Positions 52,578-62,243 of a stretch of 64,000 nucleotides of DNA are shown piece by piece (the stretch's first letter is position 1; each line of letters starts with the position of its first letter). The DNA is from a virus. Taxonomy: Duplodnaviria; Caudoviricetes. The stretch lies in IMG/VR virus record IMGVR_UViG_3300050120_000237, positions 1,836-65,835 of that record; one strand, written 5' to 3'. The notes beneath the pieces were generated by a model. That model did not search any database. It was not told the DNA's origin and saw only the letters and a list, made by a program, of their open reading frames with translations. A program made the translations under genes and the position numbers.

Positions 52578-53089
52578 AGCTTCGTTGCCTTTTCGACAAT
52601 TGCCCGGATGCCGCCTTCAAACACCGGCTTTTCCTTCACCAGCGCAAGCCGCATGTAGGGGTGTTCTGGAATGCGCGAACCCGGGTGGTGGACGACTTTC
52701 AAAATCATCAGCGAACTTTGCTTGGGGCCGCCGGAAAAACCCATGCGACCGGGAAACTGGAAGGCAAGCGCGCCGCCTGGTTTCTTCGGTCGAATGTCAT
52801 GCGCCCGGGTTTGTCCGCCTTCCTCTTGGATGGCGGCATAGGGGATGCGGCTGCCGTCGATAAAGACCACGCCCGACACGCCGCCCGGCACTTCCACCAT
52901 CGTTGCCTGCACCGCCTGCCACAGCGGCCCGGTGGACTGGAACATGCGGGCGATGTTGTTCTTTACGCCATCGCGCAGGGCCAGCATGCGGTCGGCAACA
53001 AAGACCCGCAGTTCCGTTTGGATTTCCGGGCTGGTCTTTTCAAGGGTGACTTGAACAGTGCGCAGCCCGAGAATTTCGGTCCTAATCAT
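52574..53089 (-). CDS. Tail completion / virion morphogenesis protein
   Basis: YAAIQEEGG...H.IRPK, VHHPG..IPE.PYMR. Confidence 0.75.
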   Translation of the reverse strand: MIRTEILGLRTVQVTLEKTSPEIQTELRVFVADRMLALRDGVKNNIARMFQSTGPLWQAVQATMVEVPGGVSGVVFIDGSRIPYAAIQEEGGQTRAHDIRPKKPGGALAFQFPGRMGFSGGPKQSSLMILKVVHHPGSRIPEHPYMRLALVKEKPVFEGGIRAIVEKATKL

Positions 53090-53879
53090 CCTTGGAGTTT
53101 AGGTCTTCGTTGCCCATGATGCCATCGGGGATGAAGTTGTCCATCATACCGGTGTTGAAAGACGGCTGCACCCGGTCGGGCTGCTTGATCTGCCGCGAAC
53201 GGTCGGCGATGGAAATCCCGCCGGCATACGGCACGACGCCGCTGCGCGCCGACGCCTTCTGTTCGAACTGCGACGCCATCTTGGAAAAGGCGCTGGACCG
53301 CTGGGAAAGCCGGGTCTGCAAATCCTTGTCCACCGTGTCGGCCTCGCGCGCGAACCGGCTGGCCAGCGACCGGCACACAATGGCTGCGGCGCCGTAGGTG
53401 CTGGTCGATTGCGTGAGGGCAAAGAGAATTTCCCCGTCGAACACCAGCGGGTCTTTGCGGAACGTGTCGCCCATGATGAAGCGCACCGCATCCTTTTGGC
53501 TGCTGGTCGGATCCCCGCTGTAGGTCCAAGCCGGCGCGGCGCCGACCTGCATCATGCCGGTGGAAACCGTGGCGGGCTGGCTGGTGAAATCGACCAGGCT
53601 GGCGGCAAAATAGTAATTGGCGGTCAGCGCGGCGGTGTCGGCAGGTGCGAAGTTCACCTGAAACTTGCCGTCCGTGCCGTCGGTCACAAAGGTGATGCCG
53701 GCGGCGACGCTCTTTTTCTTGGTCAGAACCGGGCTGCTGGCGAGGTCGCGGCGGGCCTCAAACACAATGTCCTGCGCCTGCGAAATGTCCAGCGGCAGGT
53801 CGTCGTCGCCCACCACCGTGAAAACCACGCCGTTGGCGTTGCCGGCAAATACTTCGAAATCTTGGCTTTGCGCGGTCAT
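53082..53879 (-). CDS. Head-tail adaptor with N-terminal beta domain
   Basis: WTYSGDP...KDAVRF..GDT...D.EI; N-terminal BppU-like segment. Confidence 0.7.
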   Translation of the reverse strand: MTAQSQDFEVFAGNANGVVFTVVGDDDLPLDISQAQDIVFEARRDLASSPVLTKKKSVAAGITFVTDGTDGKFQVNFAPADTAALTANYYFAASLVDFTSQPATVSTGMMQVGAAPAWTYSGDPTSSQKDAVRFIMGDTFRKDPLVFDGEILFALTQSTSTYGAAAIVCRSLASRFAREADTVDKDLQTRLSQRSSAFSKMASQFEQKASARSGVVPYAGGISIADRSRQIKQPDRVQPSFNTGMMDNFIPDGIMGNEDLNSKDD

Positions 53880-55438
53880 TCGTCCAGCTTTCCCTTGAGG
53901 TCGGTGGTCGTCTTTTTGCCGATAAGCGAGGTCGTCACCTTGCTGCCCAGCAGCTGCACGCGGGTGACGAACTGCCTGCGGGCGGACTTGAACAGCAGCG
54001 CCACCGACCGGGACGACGCCAAAAGGTGCAGGCCGATTCCCCGTGCCAGATAGGCCACCGGGGTGGTGCTGGCCAGCACGACCTTGCCGGTGGCTTTCAC
54101 CAGCAGGGCGACGGCATGGCTGGTGGCAAGCACTGAAAGCGGGAAGCCGATGGCCAGCAGCGCCCGGGCGGCGCTGGCGGCGGTAAGGGCCTTGCTGGTG
54201 CGCATGGCCAGCATCGCCACCGGGGCGGACTGGGCAAGGAATGCAAAGCCCCGGTTGGATGGTGTCAGAAGGCTGGCAACGGGGCTGCTGGACGCCAGCA
54301 GCGCCTTGGTGCTGTCCCGGCGTAGCAGCGCGCGGGCGGCGGAAACGGCCACCAGCGACTTCGTGAGCCCGAGTGCGAACAGGGCACTGGCGTTGGACAC
54401 CGCCAACAGCGCCTTGGCCTGCGACCGGCCCGCCAGCGCCTGCGCCGCGCTGATGGCCAGAATGCCGTGGGTTGTTGACTTAGAAGTCAACGCGACCGGG
54501 ATGCTGGACGCCGGCAGGGCCTTGGCGGTGGACCGGCGCAGCAGGGCCACAGAGGCGCTGCTGGCCAGCGCATGGATGGACAGGGCGACCTGCCGAACCC
54601 CGATGGCGACCGACGCGGCGGTGGCCGGCAGGGCTTTGGCGGTCTGGCGGGTCAGCAGGGCGACCGCCGCCGACGACGCGAGAATGGCGACGAGCCGGCC
54701 CTTGATGGTGGCAAGCAGCGCGACCGCCGGGCTGGTGGCCAGCAGCTTCTTGCCGCCGGCCTTGGTCAGCAGGGCGATGGCGGCGGACGCCGCGACCTTG
54801 GACCCGGTGGTGATGCCCTTTTGCAACAAGGCGACGGCGGGCGACGATGCCAGCCGCGCGGCGCCGGTCTGGCGGCGCAGAAGCGCGACGGCGGCGGACT
54901 GGGCCAGCACGACCTTGAACACCCCGTGCACCTGCAAGGCGACCGCCGCAGACTGGGCCATCAACACCTTGCCCTTGTTGGTCTGTAGCAGCGCCACCGA
55001 CGACGCCAGACAGGTGGCGGCGAAGCTGCGCAGGCTGCCCCGGACCAGCAGGGCGATGGACGACCCCAGCGCGGGCAGGTTCTTGCCGGTGGATTTGGAC
55101 AGCATGGCGACCGCGGCGGACGCGGCGGTCAGGGCAAGGTGGTAAGGCGTGGTGGCGTGCAGCAGGGCCACAGAACTGGCCAGCGACACGCTGTTGCGCC
55201 CGGTCGAACGGCGCAGCAGGGCGACGGAAGCGCCGACCGCTGCAATCTGGTGGGCCATGCCGCGCAGCAGAAGCGCAACGGCGGGGCTGGATGCGGGCAG
55301 CAGCTTTCCGGTGGACATGGAAAGGCTGGCCACGCTGGCGCTGGTCGCAAGGCAGGTCTGGAAATAGGCCGTGCCGCTCGAAATGTGAACGGGCCGAATG
55401 TGGGCCTTGAAAGGCCGGGCTCTACCGAGACGTGCCAT
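53876..55438 (-). CDS. Ala/Leu-rich repeat virion protein
   Basis: About 18-aa repeats A.S.AVALL.+..(G)K. Confidence 0.65.
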   Translation of the reverse strand: MARLGRARPFKAHIRPVHISSGTAYFQTCLATSASVASLSMSTGKLLPASSPAVALLLRGMAHQIAAVGASVALLRRSTGRNSVSLASSVALLHATTPYHLALTAASAAVAMLSKSTGKNLPALGSSIALLVRGSLRSFAATCLASSVALLQTNKGKVLMAQSAAVALQVHGVFKVVLAQSAAVALLRRQTGAARLASSPAVALLQKGITTGSKVAASAAIALLTKAGGKKLLATSPAVALLATIKGRLVAILASSAAVALLTRQTAKALPATAASVAIGVRQVALSIHALASSASVALLRRSTAKALPASSIPVALTSKSTTHGILAISAAQALAGRSQAKALLAVSNASALFALGLTKSLVAVSAARALLRRDSTKALLASSSPVASLLTPSNRGFAFLAQSAPVAMLAMRTSKALTAASAARALLAIGFPLSVLATSHAVALLVKATGKVVLASTTPVAYLARGIGLHLLASSRSVALLFKSARRQFVTRVQLLGSKVTTSLIGKKTTTDLKGKLDE

Positions 55439-56061
55439 TAGAAGAAACTCGCGCGTTTAACGGATTGCCGCAGAAAACGAAGCTGGGCTGCCATGTCCAC
55501 CGGGGCGAATGTCAGCAAGCCGTGGCCCTGTGCGCCGGGCACAAGCCTTGCGGCGGCAGCATTAAAGAATGACGTCACCGGATAAAGTATCGTTGCGCCG
55601 GTCAGACTAAAGAACGGATTGTTGAAACCAGTTCCAGCATCGGGATTGCCAGTGGCATTCCATGCGCCTTGGTTTTTCCTAACCCAAACATTTGTCAAGC
55701 CATAACCGGGCGTCGTGTCCCAAGCGGCATAAATTCTGTCGCCGGTCGTGAAGGTCGCGTAATTGGTGACGGTGCCGCCCTGCGCTAAAAACTCGCCAGT
55801 GTTGTAATATCCGAAAGTCCCACTGCTCCCGATGTAATTGTTCACGTCGGTGTGGTCGAATGTCAGACCGAAGGATGGGCCGTTCGCGCCACCCGTCACA
55901 ACGTCCCAAGCGCAGACCCACTTCTGCTGCGGGCCAGCAATCAAAAGCCCCGTGTTCGCCATAGCGTTGGCGTCGGTGCCAGCATTGCTTGCTGTTGCGA
56001 CACCGTTACCAGCGGAAAGAGTTACCGACGCTGCGATGAATGAAGGGTCGTAGGTCGTCAC
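55438..56061 (-). CDS. SPRY/concanavalin-like beta-sandwich protein
   Basis: TLS.GN..A, TGDRI.AAWD, W.RKN..W...GNP. Confidence 0.65.
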   Translation of the reverse strand: MTTYDPSFIAASVTLSAGNGVATASNAGTDANAMANTGLLIAGPQQKWVCAWDVVTGGANGPSFGLTFDHTDVNNYIGSSGTFGYYNTGEFLAQGGTVTNYATFTTGDRIYAAWDTTPGYGLTNVWVRKNQGAWNATGNPDAGTGFNNPFFSLTGATILYPVTSFFNAAAARLVPGAQGHGLLTFAPVDMAAQLRFLRQSVKRASFF

Positions 56062-56068
56062 GCGGCAT

Positions 56069-56560
56069 TTACTCCTCCCACTGCACCCAAACGATGGCGT
56101 TCACGGTGGCGGCGAACTTCGCGCGCACGCGCAGGAATTTGCTGGCGCGCACCCTAAATTCGCGGCCCAGCGGCCACTGCAAGCCATACTGGTTGGTCGG
56201 CGCGACAAACTGCACGTCCGCCGTGCGCACGGCGGTGATGGTGCCCTCGCCTGTCGGGGAAAAGCAGGTCAGCGCGGCGCCGCCGACGCAAAGCGACGCT
56301 GGGCCGTTGGGGTTGCTGTACGGGGTCGGGGTCAGCGACGTGCCGCCGGTCGCGGCCACGTCGGTTTCGATAAGTTCGAGAATGCCCGGCACCGCATTGG
56401 TGATGCCGTCGAATGCAATGCCCCAAGCAACAGGGATGATTTCCTTGGTGCTTGGGGGTGCAATTTGCAGCAGCGTCTTGATGGCAGTGCCCGTGGCGAC
56501 CGCAACACGGCTTGCCGTGGTCGGTTCGACACCGTTACCAGCCCAGAATTGGTCGGCCAT
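56069..56560 (-). CDS. Putative virion structural protein
   Basis: KTLLQ, WGI.FDG, QWPLGRE, WEE C-terminus. Confidence 0.6.
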   Translation of the reverse strand: MADQFWAGNGVEPTTASRVAVATGTAIKTLLQIAPPSTKEIIPVAWGIAFDGITNAVPGILELIETDVAATGGTSLTPTPYSNPNGPASLCVGGAALTCFSPTGEGTITAVRTADVQFVAPTNQYGLQWPLGREFRVRASKFLRVRAKFAATVNAIVWVQWEE

Positions 56561-56595
56561 GGGTATTCCCTTTCAAAAAGCTGCGCCTGGTCGAA

Positions 56596-57072
56596 CTACG
56601 CCGGAACCTGCTTCAAGCCGAAGGTGAATGCAATCGAGTCACCCAGCAGCGTGTTGATGGCGGCGAAGACAGAATGGATAAGCAGGTTGCCCGCCGTCAC
56701 GTTGTCGAACAGACCCGCTTCGGTGATGGCGACCGGGCCCGCAGCGGACTGCGTGACGGTGCCAGCAACCTGATTGGTGTCGTTCGTCACCGTGGTGGTG
56801 ACGCGGCTTTCCGTTCCCACCGTCCGGCCGCCGGCTGTGGTCGGCGCGACTTCGGTCTGCAGGGCGGTGTCGGTCACCGCCGCAGCCGTCACGCCAGTGC
56901 CCCAGCCGATATTTTTGGCTGCGGTGCCGGCCTGAATGACGCGGTTGGTGATGATGGACGCGCCCACGTTGGTGAACACGTTGGCCAGCAGGATGATGCC
57001 CTTGGCCACGGCTTCGGCGACAGCGGCAGCAATGCCGCCGCCGGGATTGAGGGTTGCAGCGCGTGCGCTCAT
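56596..57072 (-). CDS. Putative virion structural protein
   Basis: GWGTG.TAA..DTAL, ITEAGLF, GDSI.FT. Confidence 0.65.
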   Translation of the reverse strand: MSARAATLNPGGGIAAAVAEAVAKGIILLANVFTNVGASIITNRVIQAGTAAKNIGWGTGVTAAAVTDTALQTEVAPTTAGGRTVGTESRVTTTVTNDTNQVAGTVTQSAAGPVAITEAGLFDNVTAGNLLIHSVFAAINTLLGDSIAFTFGLKQVPA

Positions 57073-57333
57073 TTACTGGGCCTCCTTCGGGGCGGCGGAC
57101 ACCAGCGAAAATTCGCCCAAGGAAACCACGTTGCCTTCGGCAAACAGGGTTTCCACGGCTTCCTTCGTGCTGGCGGTCAGCTTGCGGCGGATGGTGATGG
57201 TGGTCTGCGTGTCGTCTTCCGGCACCAGTTCGATGATGGCGACGGGCTGTTGACCGATGATGGTTTCGCCATCGCCAGTCTTTGCTTCCACCGGCACGGT
57301 GGTGGGGTGGAAGCTGTGAACGGTGTAATTCAT
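57073..57333 (-). CDS. Hypothetical protein
   Basis: 86-aa ORF, coupled. Confidence 0.55.
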   Translation of the reverse strand: MNYTVHSFHPTTVPVEAKTGDGETIIGQQPVAIIELVPEDDTQTTITIRRKLTASTKEAVETLFAEGNVVSLGEFSLVSAAPKEAQ

Positions 57334-57593
57334 TCTCCGAACCTCTCTAGTTTCTTGGCCAATTTATTCAGCCAATCTGCGACGGCAAAAAAGATATTGG
57401 CCGGGAATGGCCAAGGCATGATGGCCTCGGCGTCCCGCTGGTAAATCACGGCTGGTGTGCCGCACTTGGGGCACTTCGGAAGCCCGGTCGGGTTGGGGAT
57501 CACTTCGCCGCAGCATCGAAACGCACCGCGAAATTCGATGGTGACGACGGGGATAACCTTGACCCCGACCGTGGCATTCCGAGTGCTTTCCAT
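57330..57593 (-). CDS. Small zinc-ribbon protein
   Basis: CCG...CPKCG. Confidence 0.5.
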   Translation of the reverse strand: MESTRNATVGVKVIPVVTIEFRGAFRCCGEVIPNPTGLPKCPKCGTPAVIYQRDAEAIMPWPFPANIFFAVADWLNKLAKKLERFGE

Positions 57594-58027
57594 TACGCCG
57601 ACACGCCGCCCTGCAAGGACTGCCAAGCGCCAGCGGTCAGGCAGTAGAAAATCGCCCGCTTGGCATTGGTCAGGGGAACGCCGGTCGCCGCAGCAACACC
57701 GTCGATGGTGTCTGTGCCGGTGACGCCGGCATAGACCTTGGCGGCAGCGACGCCATCATTGATGACGACGACACTTGCGCCGGCAACGGCGGGCGGAAGC
57801 GCGACGCTGTCATTGGCGCTCGCCACGGTGGCAAGGCGGTTCCAGCCATACTTGAGGGCCATCGCAAGTGCGCGGGTGCCGCCAGCATGCGCAATGACGC
57901 CGTCGTTCGGCTTGCCGCCGAGAACCTGCGCGCCGGTATCGGACGACACAATGCCGCCAGAGCCCAAATAGAGAATGTGGGCCTTTGCTTTGCCCTTGAT
58001 GCGTTCAACAAAGCCGGTGAGAGCCAT
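57593..58027 (-). CDS. Putative virion structural protein
   Basis: A.AGG..A.A..L, DSVALP, VIN.G....VY...DTIDG. Confidence 0.65.
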   Translation of the reverse strand: MALTGFVERIKGKAKAHILYLGSGGIVSSDTGAQVLGGKPNDGVIAHAGGTRALAMALKYGWNRLATVASANDSVALPPAVAGASVVVINDGVAAAKVYAGVTGTDTIDGVAAATGVPLTNAKRAIFYCLTAGAWQSLQGGVSA

Positions 58028-58063
58028 TGCGCGTCTCCGCGTTTGAGGTTTCGGGGAAAAGAA

Positions 58064-58426
58064 TTAGCCCGCTGCGGGCTTCTTCTTTTTGGGTTTCCGG
58101 CCTTTCGGACGGTCGGCAGCCGGCAGCATTGCTTCGGCTTCCTCACGCGACATAGGGACAGCGTTCAGCTTGTGCCCCTCGATCACGTCAAAACGGCCCA
58201 TGCCCATGTGGATGGCAAAACGACGGCTGCCGGCAGCGACGGGCGACGCCGGATACAGTTCGATTTTGCCAAGGTTGATAAGCGCTTGGCGGTTTCTTTT
58301 GGGAATGGCCAGCACCTGTTCGGCGGTCAGTGTTTCGCCAGCGGTCATGGTGCGCGGGCCGAGGTCGAAGCGGCGGCGGACATACGCGCCGCCAATCTGG
58401 GTGTCGGGGAGCATGGGGTTGGGCAT
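58064..58426 (-). CDS. Hypothetical protein after capsid gene
   Basis: GAGGA RBS, 120 aa. Confidence 0.6.
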   Translation of the reverse strand: MPNPMLPDTQIGGAYVRRRFDLGPRTMTAGETLTAEQVLAIPKRNRQALINLGKIELYPASPVAAGSRRFAIHMGMGRFDVIEGHKLNAVPMSREEAEAMLPAADRPKGRKPKKKKPAAG

Positions 58427-58481
58427 TGGGTGGTCCTCTTGTGTGGATGGGCGCGCGACTCACGCCGCGCGCCCGGCCACA

Positions 58482-59471
58482 TTAGGCGACGATGGTAGAG
58501 AAGAAATAGCCGAGGTCAGCGCCGACGCGCTTCAACCCGTAGGCCATTTCGCATTCCACGCGGATGGAGTTCTTGCCGCGATTGGGCAGGGGCTCCGACC
58601 ACGAACGGGCGCCGAACACGCCCATGCCGTCCAGACCGTTCCAAGCAAAGATATAACCGGCGGACGGGATGCGCAGGCCGGGGGCCTTGGGGCGATAGCA
58701 CAGCAGGGCAGACTTGCCGACGATGAAACCCATCGCAGCGGCCTGACCTTCGGCAGCGGAATTGTAAACCGCTTCCGACACCACGACTTCTTCCACCGCG
58801 AATGCGCCGGCCAACAGGGCGGGCGTAATGTCGGCGGCGTCGGCCTGCATCGTGAACTTGATGCGGTCGATCACCAGCGGGTGCTTGCGCAGCGCCTGGT
58901 AAACCGCCCAGCCCAGCACCAGCACATTCGGCTTTTTGCCGGTGTTCTGGAGGATGGTGGTCTGCGCGTTGGAAATGTCCGTGAACGGGTCGCTGTTGGC
59001 GTCGTCGGACCACTGGTAGACCTGCGCCCCGGTCGGCGTAGCGGCGCCCACCAAGTCCGTGCCCCAAACGCCAGTGGTCATGTAGGTGCTGGCGAAATTG
59101 AGGTCGCGGCTGATAAGCAGCTGCTGCATCAGGAACTCGGTCGTGGTGGTTTCGAGGTCCACCGACGGGTCTTGGTTGGCGCGGGCCTGTTCGCCGATAT
59201 CGTCATGCAGCGCCCACACGTCGCAGCGATAGCTGTCCTGCGTGAGATTGACGCCCGAACCGGCGGACTCCGTTGCGTCCGCACGCTTCTTGGGATTGTT
59301 GCGGAAAAAGTCGGCCTTGGACCAGATGTAGTACAGGTCCGACTGATGGGACACGGGGACGATGGGGAAGACTTTGTCCGCGATATAGGCGGACTCGTCC
59401 TGCATGTAGGCCACCGCGATGTTGGTCAGCGGTGAAGGCGAATGGACCTGATTAAGGGTGGGTTGCGGCAT
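58482..59471 (-). CDS. Major capsid protein
   Basis: LTNIAVAY, IADKVFP.VPV, PNVLVLG..VY.ALR.HP, GYFF; GAGG RBS. Confidence 0.88.
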   Translation of the reverse strand: MPQPTLNQVHSPSPLTNIAVAYMQDESAYIADKVFPIVPVSHQSDLYYIWSKADFFRNNPKKRADATESAGSGVNLTQDSYRCDVWALHDDIGEQARANQDPSVDLETTTTEFLMQQLLISRDLNFASTYMTTGVWGTDLVGAATPTGAQVYQWSDDANSDPFTDISNAQTTILQNTGKKPNVLVLGWAVYQALRKHPLVIDRIKFTMQADAADITPALLAGAFAVEEVVVSEAVYNSAAEGQAAAMGFIVGKSALLCYRPKAPGLRIPSAGYIFAWNGLDGMGVFGARSWSEPLPNRGKNSIRVECEMAYGLKRVGADLGYFFSTIVA

Positions 59472-59600
59472 TGCCGGATTCCTCTGTTCAAAGTTTCGGG
59501 TTTTTGGACAAGAGGCTGGCTGGTGCGGGTGCAAACCTGCACCAGCCTAGGCACGCCTCTTACTGGGTGGAATTGGCGCGTTTAACCGCGCGCCATCCGG

Positions 59601-59972
59601 TTAGTTCGGAATGACGACGACCGAGATAATGTCGCCGGACACGCCAGCCTGCAAAGCGCGGGCAATGACGGCATTGGTGCTGGTCTTGGTGACCACGGCG
59701 CCGGTCGCGGCTTCGGTCTGCAAAGCATCGCCATAGGCGCAGCCGGCAACGCCGACCAAAGCCTTGGAAACACCACCGATGCCAATGTCCGCAGCGTCGC
59801 CATTCGCAGGCGTGTTCTGCAGGATGCCCAGCGCATTTTCGCCGCCGGTCGACGCGAGGTTTACCGTGAGATTGCCGGACGATTTCACGGCCTTGTACTG
59901 GTTGGCGGCAGCGCTGAGATCGGCGCTGGCGTTCAACCAGCCAAGGTGTTGGAGAGGGGAGTCGGTCGCCAT
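59601..59972 (-). CDS. Capsid cement/decoration protein (DUF2190-like)
   Basis: ADLS..QYKAVK, GILQN.P, ALQAG..GDIISV. Confidence 0.8.
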   Translation of the reverse strand: MATDSPLQHLGWLNASADLSAAANQYKAVKSSGNLTVNLASTGGENALGILQNTPANGDAADIGIGGVSKALVGVAGCAYGDALQTEAATGAVVTKTSTNAVIARALQAGVSGDIISVVVIPN

Positions 59973-60043
59973 TGCAAAAGTCTCCTTTGCGATTTGGCAG
60001 GTGGAAAGGCGGTGGCGGACGGAATGCCCGCCACCGGATGCAC

Positions 60044-61315
60044 TTAGTTGGCGGTGGCCAATTCCGCCTTGTACTTGGCGACCAGCGCCGCATTCTCGCG
60101 GGCCTTATAGACGCGCGAGAAAGCCTGCTCGTTGGACAGCGTGGGCTGCGACTTTTTCAGTTCGTCGCGCTTGGCCATCAGTTCGGCAGTGGCGCTGCCG
60201 GCGGTCTTGTCGCCCTGCTTGCCGAACTCGCTGAACACACCGCCCGCATCGGCCTGCGCCTTGAGGGCCTTGTATTCCTTCAGCAGCGCGTCGCGTGCTT
60301 CCGGGGCAGAGCCCTGCATGGCTTTGCGCAGCGTGGGGGCAAATTCCTTGGCGAAGCCATTGGCGGCGGCAAGGTCTTCGTATTCCTTCACGATGCGGTC
60401 TTCGCGGCCCTTTTCGATTTCCGCGCGGTCGCCGCGGCGGCCGTCGTCCATCGACTTGAGAATGGAGAAGGTGTCGGCGCCGACCTTGGACTTATAGACG
60501 ACCTGCGAACCATCCAGCGTGCGGAAGGCTTCGCCCGAGGAAATCGCCTTTTCCACGTCGTTGGGATTGGGGTCGTCCTTGGGGTCGTCCTTCATTTTCT
60601 TGTCGCGCGCGGTCGCGTCGGCCTTCTGAAAGTCGGCGATTTCCGCCGGGTCTTTCATCTTGGCGAGATACGCAACCTGCGCATCGGACATGGGCGCAAC
60701 CAGGCCCTTGGCAACGCCATCGCGGGTTTCCAAAGCCTTGAGCATTTCGGCTTCGGTGGCGGTGGTGGGAAGGCCCAGCGCCTTTTTCAGTGCATCGGAC
60801 ATGAGGTTTTCTCCGTTGCGGGCGCTGCCCGCGAATGTGGCCGCAATGCCTGCGACCAAGGCTTTGCCAACATTATTGGGCAGGATTTCCCCAATGTAGT
60901 CGGCGAACTCTTTCAGGCTCTGTTCAACCATGCCGGCCTTGTCCGTCACGGTGTCGTCTTTGACGATGGAAGACAGCGAGTCCTGCAAGGCGCAGGTGCC
61001 CTTGTAATAGGCGTCCCAGAACTGCTGCGTGAGTTTTTCCGCGCCCAGCACAGCGTCGAAAAGCTGCGCGCCATCGGCGTCGTTGTCGGTCAGGCCCAGC
61101 CCGCTTTTCTCGATCGCCTCGAACAGCGACTTGCGCAGCACGGTGCCCTGCGTGGTGTCGGCCTTCACAACGGGCGTGCCGTTTTCGGACCAGACCTGCA
61201 AGGCTTTGACGACCGGGCGGCTTTTCATAATCGCCGCCACCGCGTGTTCCTGACACGGGAAATCGACCGCAGCGATTTTGTTGACCACAAGGCCATGAAT
61301 GATGCGCTTAGGCAT
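60044..61315 (-). CDS. Putative scaffold protein
   Basis: IAAVDFPCQEHA N-terminus, LGLP.TATEAE, charged helical tail; upstream of capsid genes. Confidence 0.65.
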   Translation of the reverse strand: MPKRIIHGLVVNKIAAVDFPCQEHAVAAIMKSRPVVKALQVWSENGTPVVKADTTQGTVLRKSLFEAIEKSGLGLTDNDADGAQLFDAVLGAEKLTQQFWDAYYKGTCALQDSLSSIVKDDTVTDKAGMVEQSLKEFADYIGEILPNNVGKALVAGIAATFAGSARNGENLMSDALKKALGLPTTATEAEMLKALETRDGVAKGLVAPMSDAQVAYLAKMKDPAEIADFQKADATARDKKMKDDPKDDPNPNDVEKAISSGEAFRTLDGSQVVYKSKVGADTFSILKSMDDGRRGDRAEIEKGREDRIVKEYEDLAAANGFAKEFAPTLRKAMQGSAPEARDALLKEYKALKAQADAGGVFSEFGKQGDKTAGSATAELMAKRDELKKSQPTLSNEQAFSRVYKARENAALVAKYKAELATAN

Positions 61316-62243
61316 GTGTCTCGCTCCCTCCGGGCATACGCCAGCCCTCGATTGAAAAGCCCGTCAGGGTGCCGTCGGCGAACTTTGCCAGCGTGTCCTT
61401 GCAGGGTTTGTACCCGACCATCAGGCCGGTGGTGTCGCACTCGATGCCCATTGCCTTGGCAATATCGGCGGTCAGCGGGAAAATGAACGGATAGGTGCCA
61501 ACGTCGGGACCGTCGTGCTGGATATTGCCGGCGCGGTCCTTGGACAATGCGAAGCCCAGACCGCAATCAAACATCGCCTTTTCGGTGATGTGTTCCGGCA
61601 CCAGCTTGCCCTTGTGTTCGCCGTGGTGGTCCACATTCCAGTCGTAGTAATCGGCACCGGCTTTCTTGGACACGATGGCCCAGCCGAACACCACGCCCGC
61701 CGTTTCGTCCACCTTGCAGACCTTGAACTGTTCGGTGGTGGACTCGCGCGCCTTCAAGGCGTTGGACACTTCGGTGAGGTCCAGCAGCTTTACCGGGCTG
61801 CTTTCCTTGCCGTCCATCCAATCTGCCGCAAGGCGGTGGTGGCCGTCGGCGATGTAGTGCTTGTCGTTGTGGCGAATGACCACCGGGCGCTTGGCGCTGG
61901 TCAGGTCTTTGCCGCGCATGGCTTCGACCTTGGCCGGGTCCACACGGTCCTGCATGGCGTGCAGGTCTGACAGCTTCACGTCCGCATCCGGCAGGTTCTT
62001 GCTGTCGGTCAGGGCGCCGAAAAAGCGCGGAACCTGATCAGGTCGCAGGCTGCCCAGCGAATTGACGTCATATAGGAATGGCGTCTTGGCCGTCTTTTCG
62101 TCATGCGGGTGCAGGTTGCGCTTCGCCACGGGCGTCTGCCCGATGAAAGCGCGGAAAGACTTCCCGCCCTTTTTGTCTTTGTCGTCCGCCGTGGGCACAT
62201 GGACCGCCGAAGGCGACAGCTGCTTGAAGGTCTGGGCGGTCAT
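61308..62243 (-). CDS. ParB/Srx-like domain fused to XkdF-like prohead protease domain
   Basis: LHAMQDRV, PVVIR...YIADGHHRLAA; KVDE...VFGWA, H, TGLMVG, TGFSIEG. Confidence 0.75.
   Translation of the reverse strand: MTAQTFKQLSPSAVHVPTADDKDKKGGKSFRAFIGQTPVAKRNLHPHDEKTAKTPFLYDVNSLGSLRPDQVPRFFGALTDSKNLPDADVKLSDLHAMQDRVDPAKVEAMRGKDLTSAKRPVVIRHNDKHYIADGHHRLAADWMDGKESSPVKLLDLTEVSNALKARESTTEQFKVCKVDETAGVVFGWAIVSKKAGADYYDWNVDHHGEHKGKLVPEHITEKAMFDCGLGFALSKDRAGNIQHDGPDVGTYPFIFPLTADIAKAMGIECDTTGLMVGYKPCKDTLAKFADGTLTGFSIEGWRMPGGSETHA

Noticed and set aside
53876-55438. Periodic DNA repeats as a possible CRISPR array
   Set aside because: Degenerate coding repeats without identical direct repeats or unique spacers; no cas genes
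59515-59595. Hairpins between decoration and capsid genes
   Set aside because: No adjacent T-tract; probably an ordinary mRNA stability element
47936-61486. Several long plus-strand ORFs (494, 583, 448, 504 aa) in the structural region
   Set aside because: Antisense shadows typical of high-GC coding DNA
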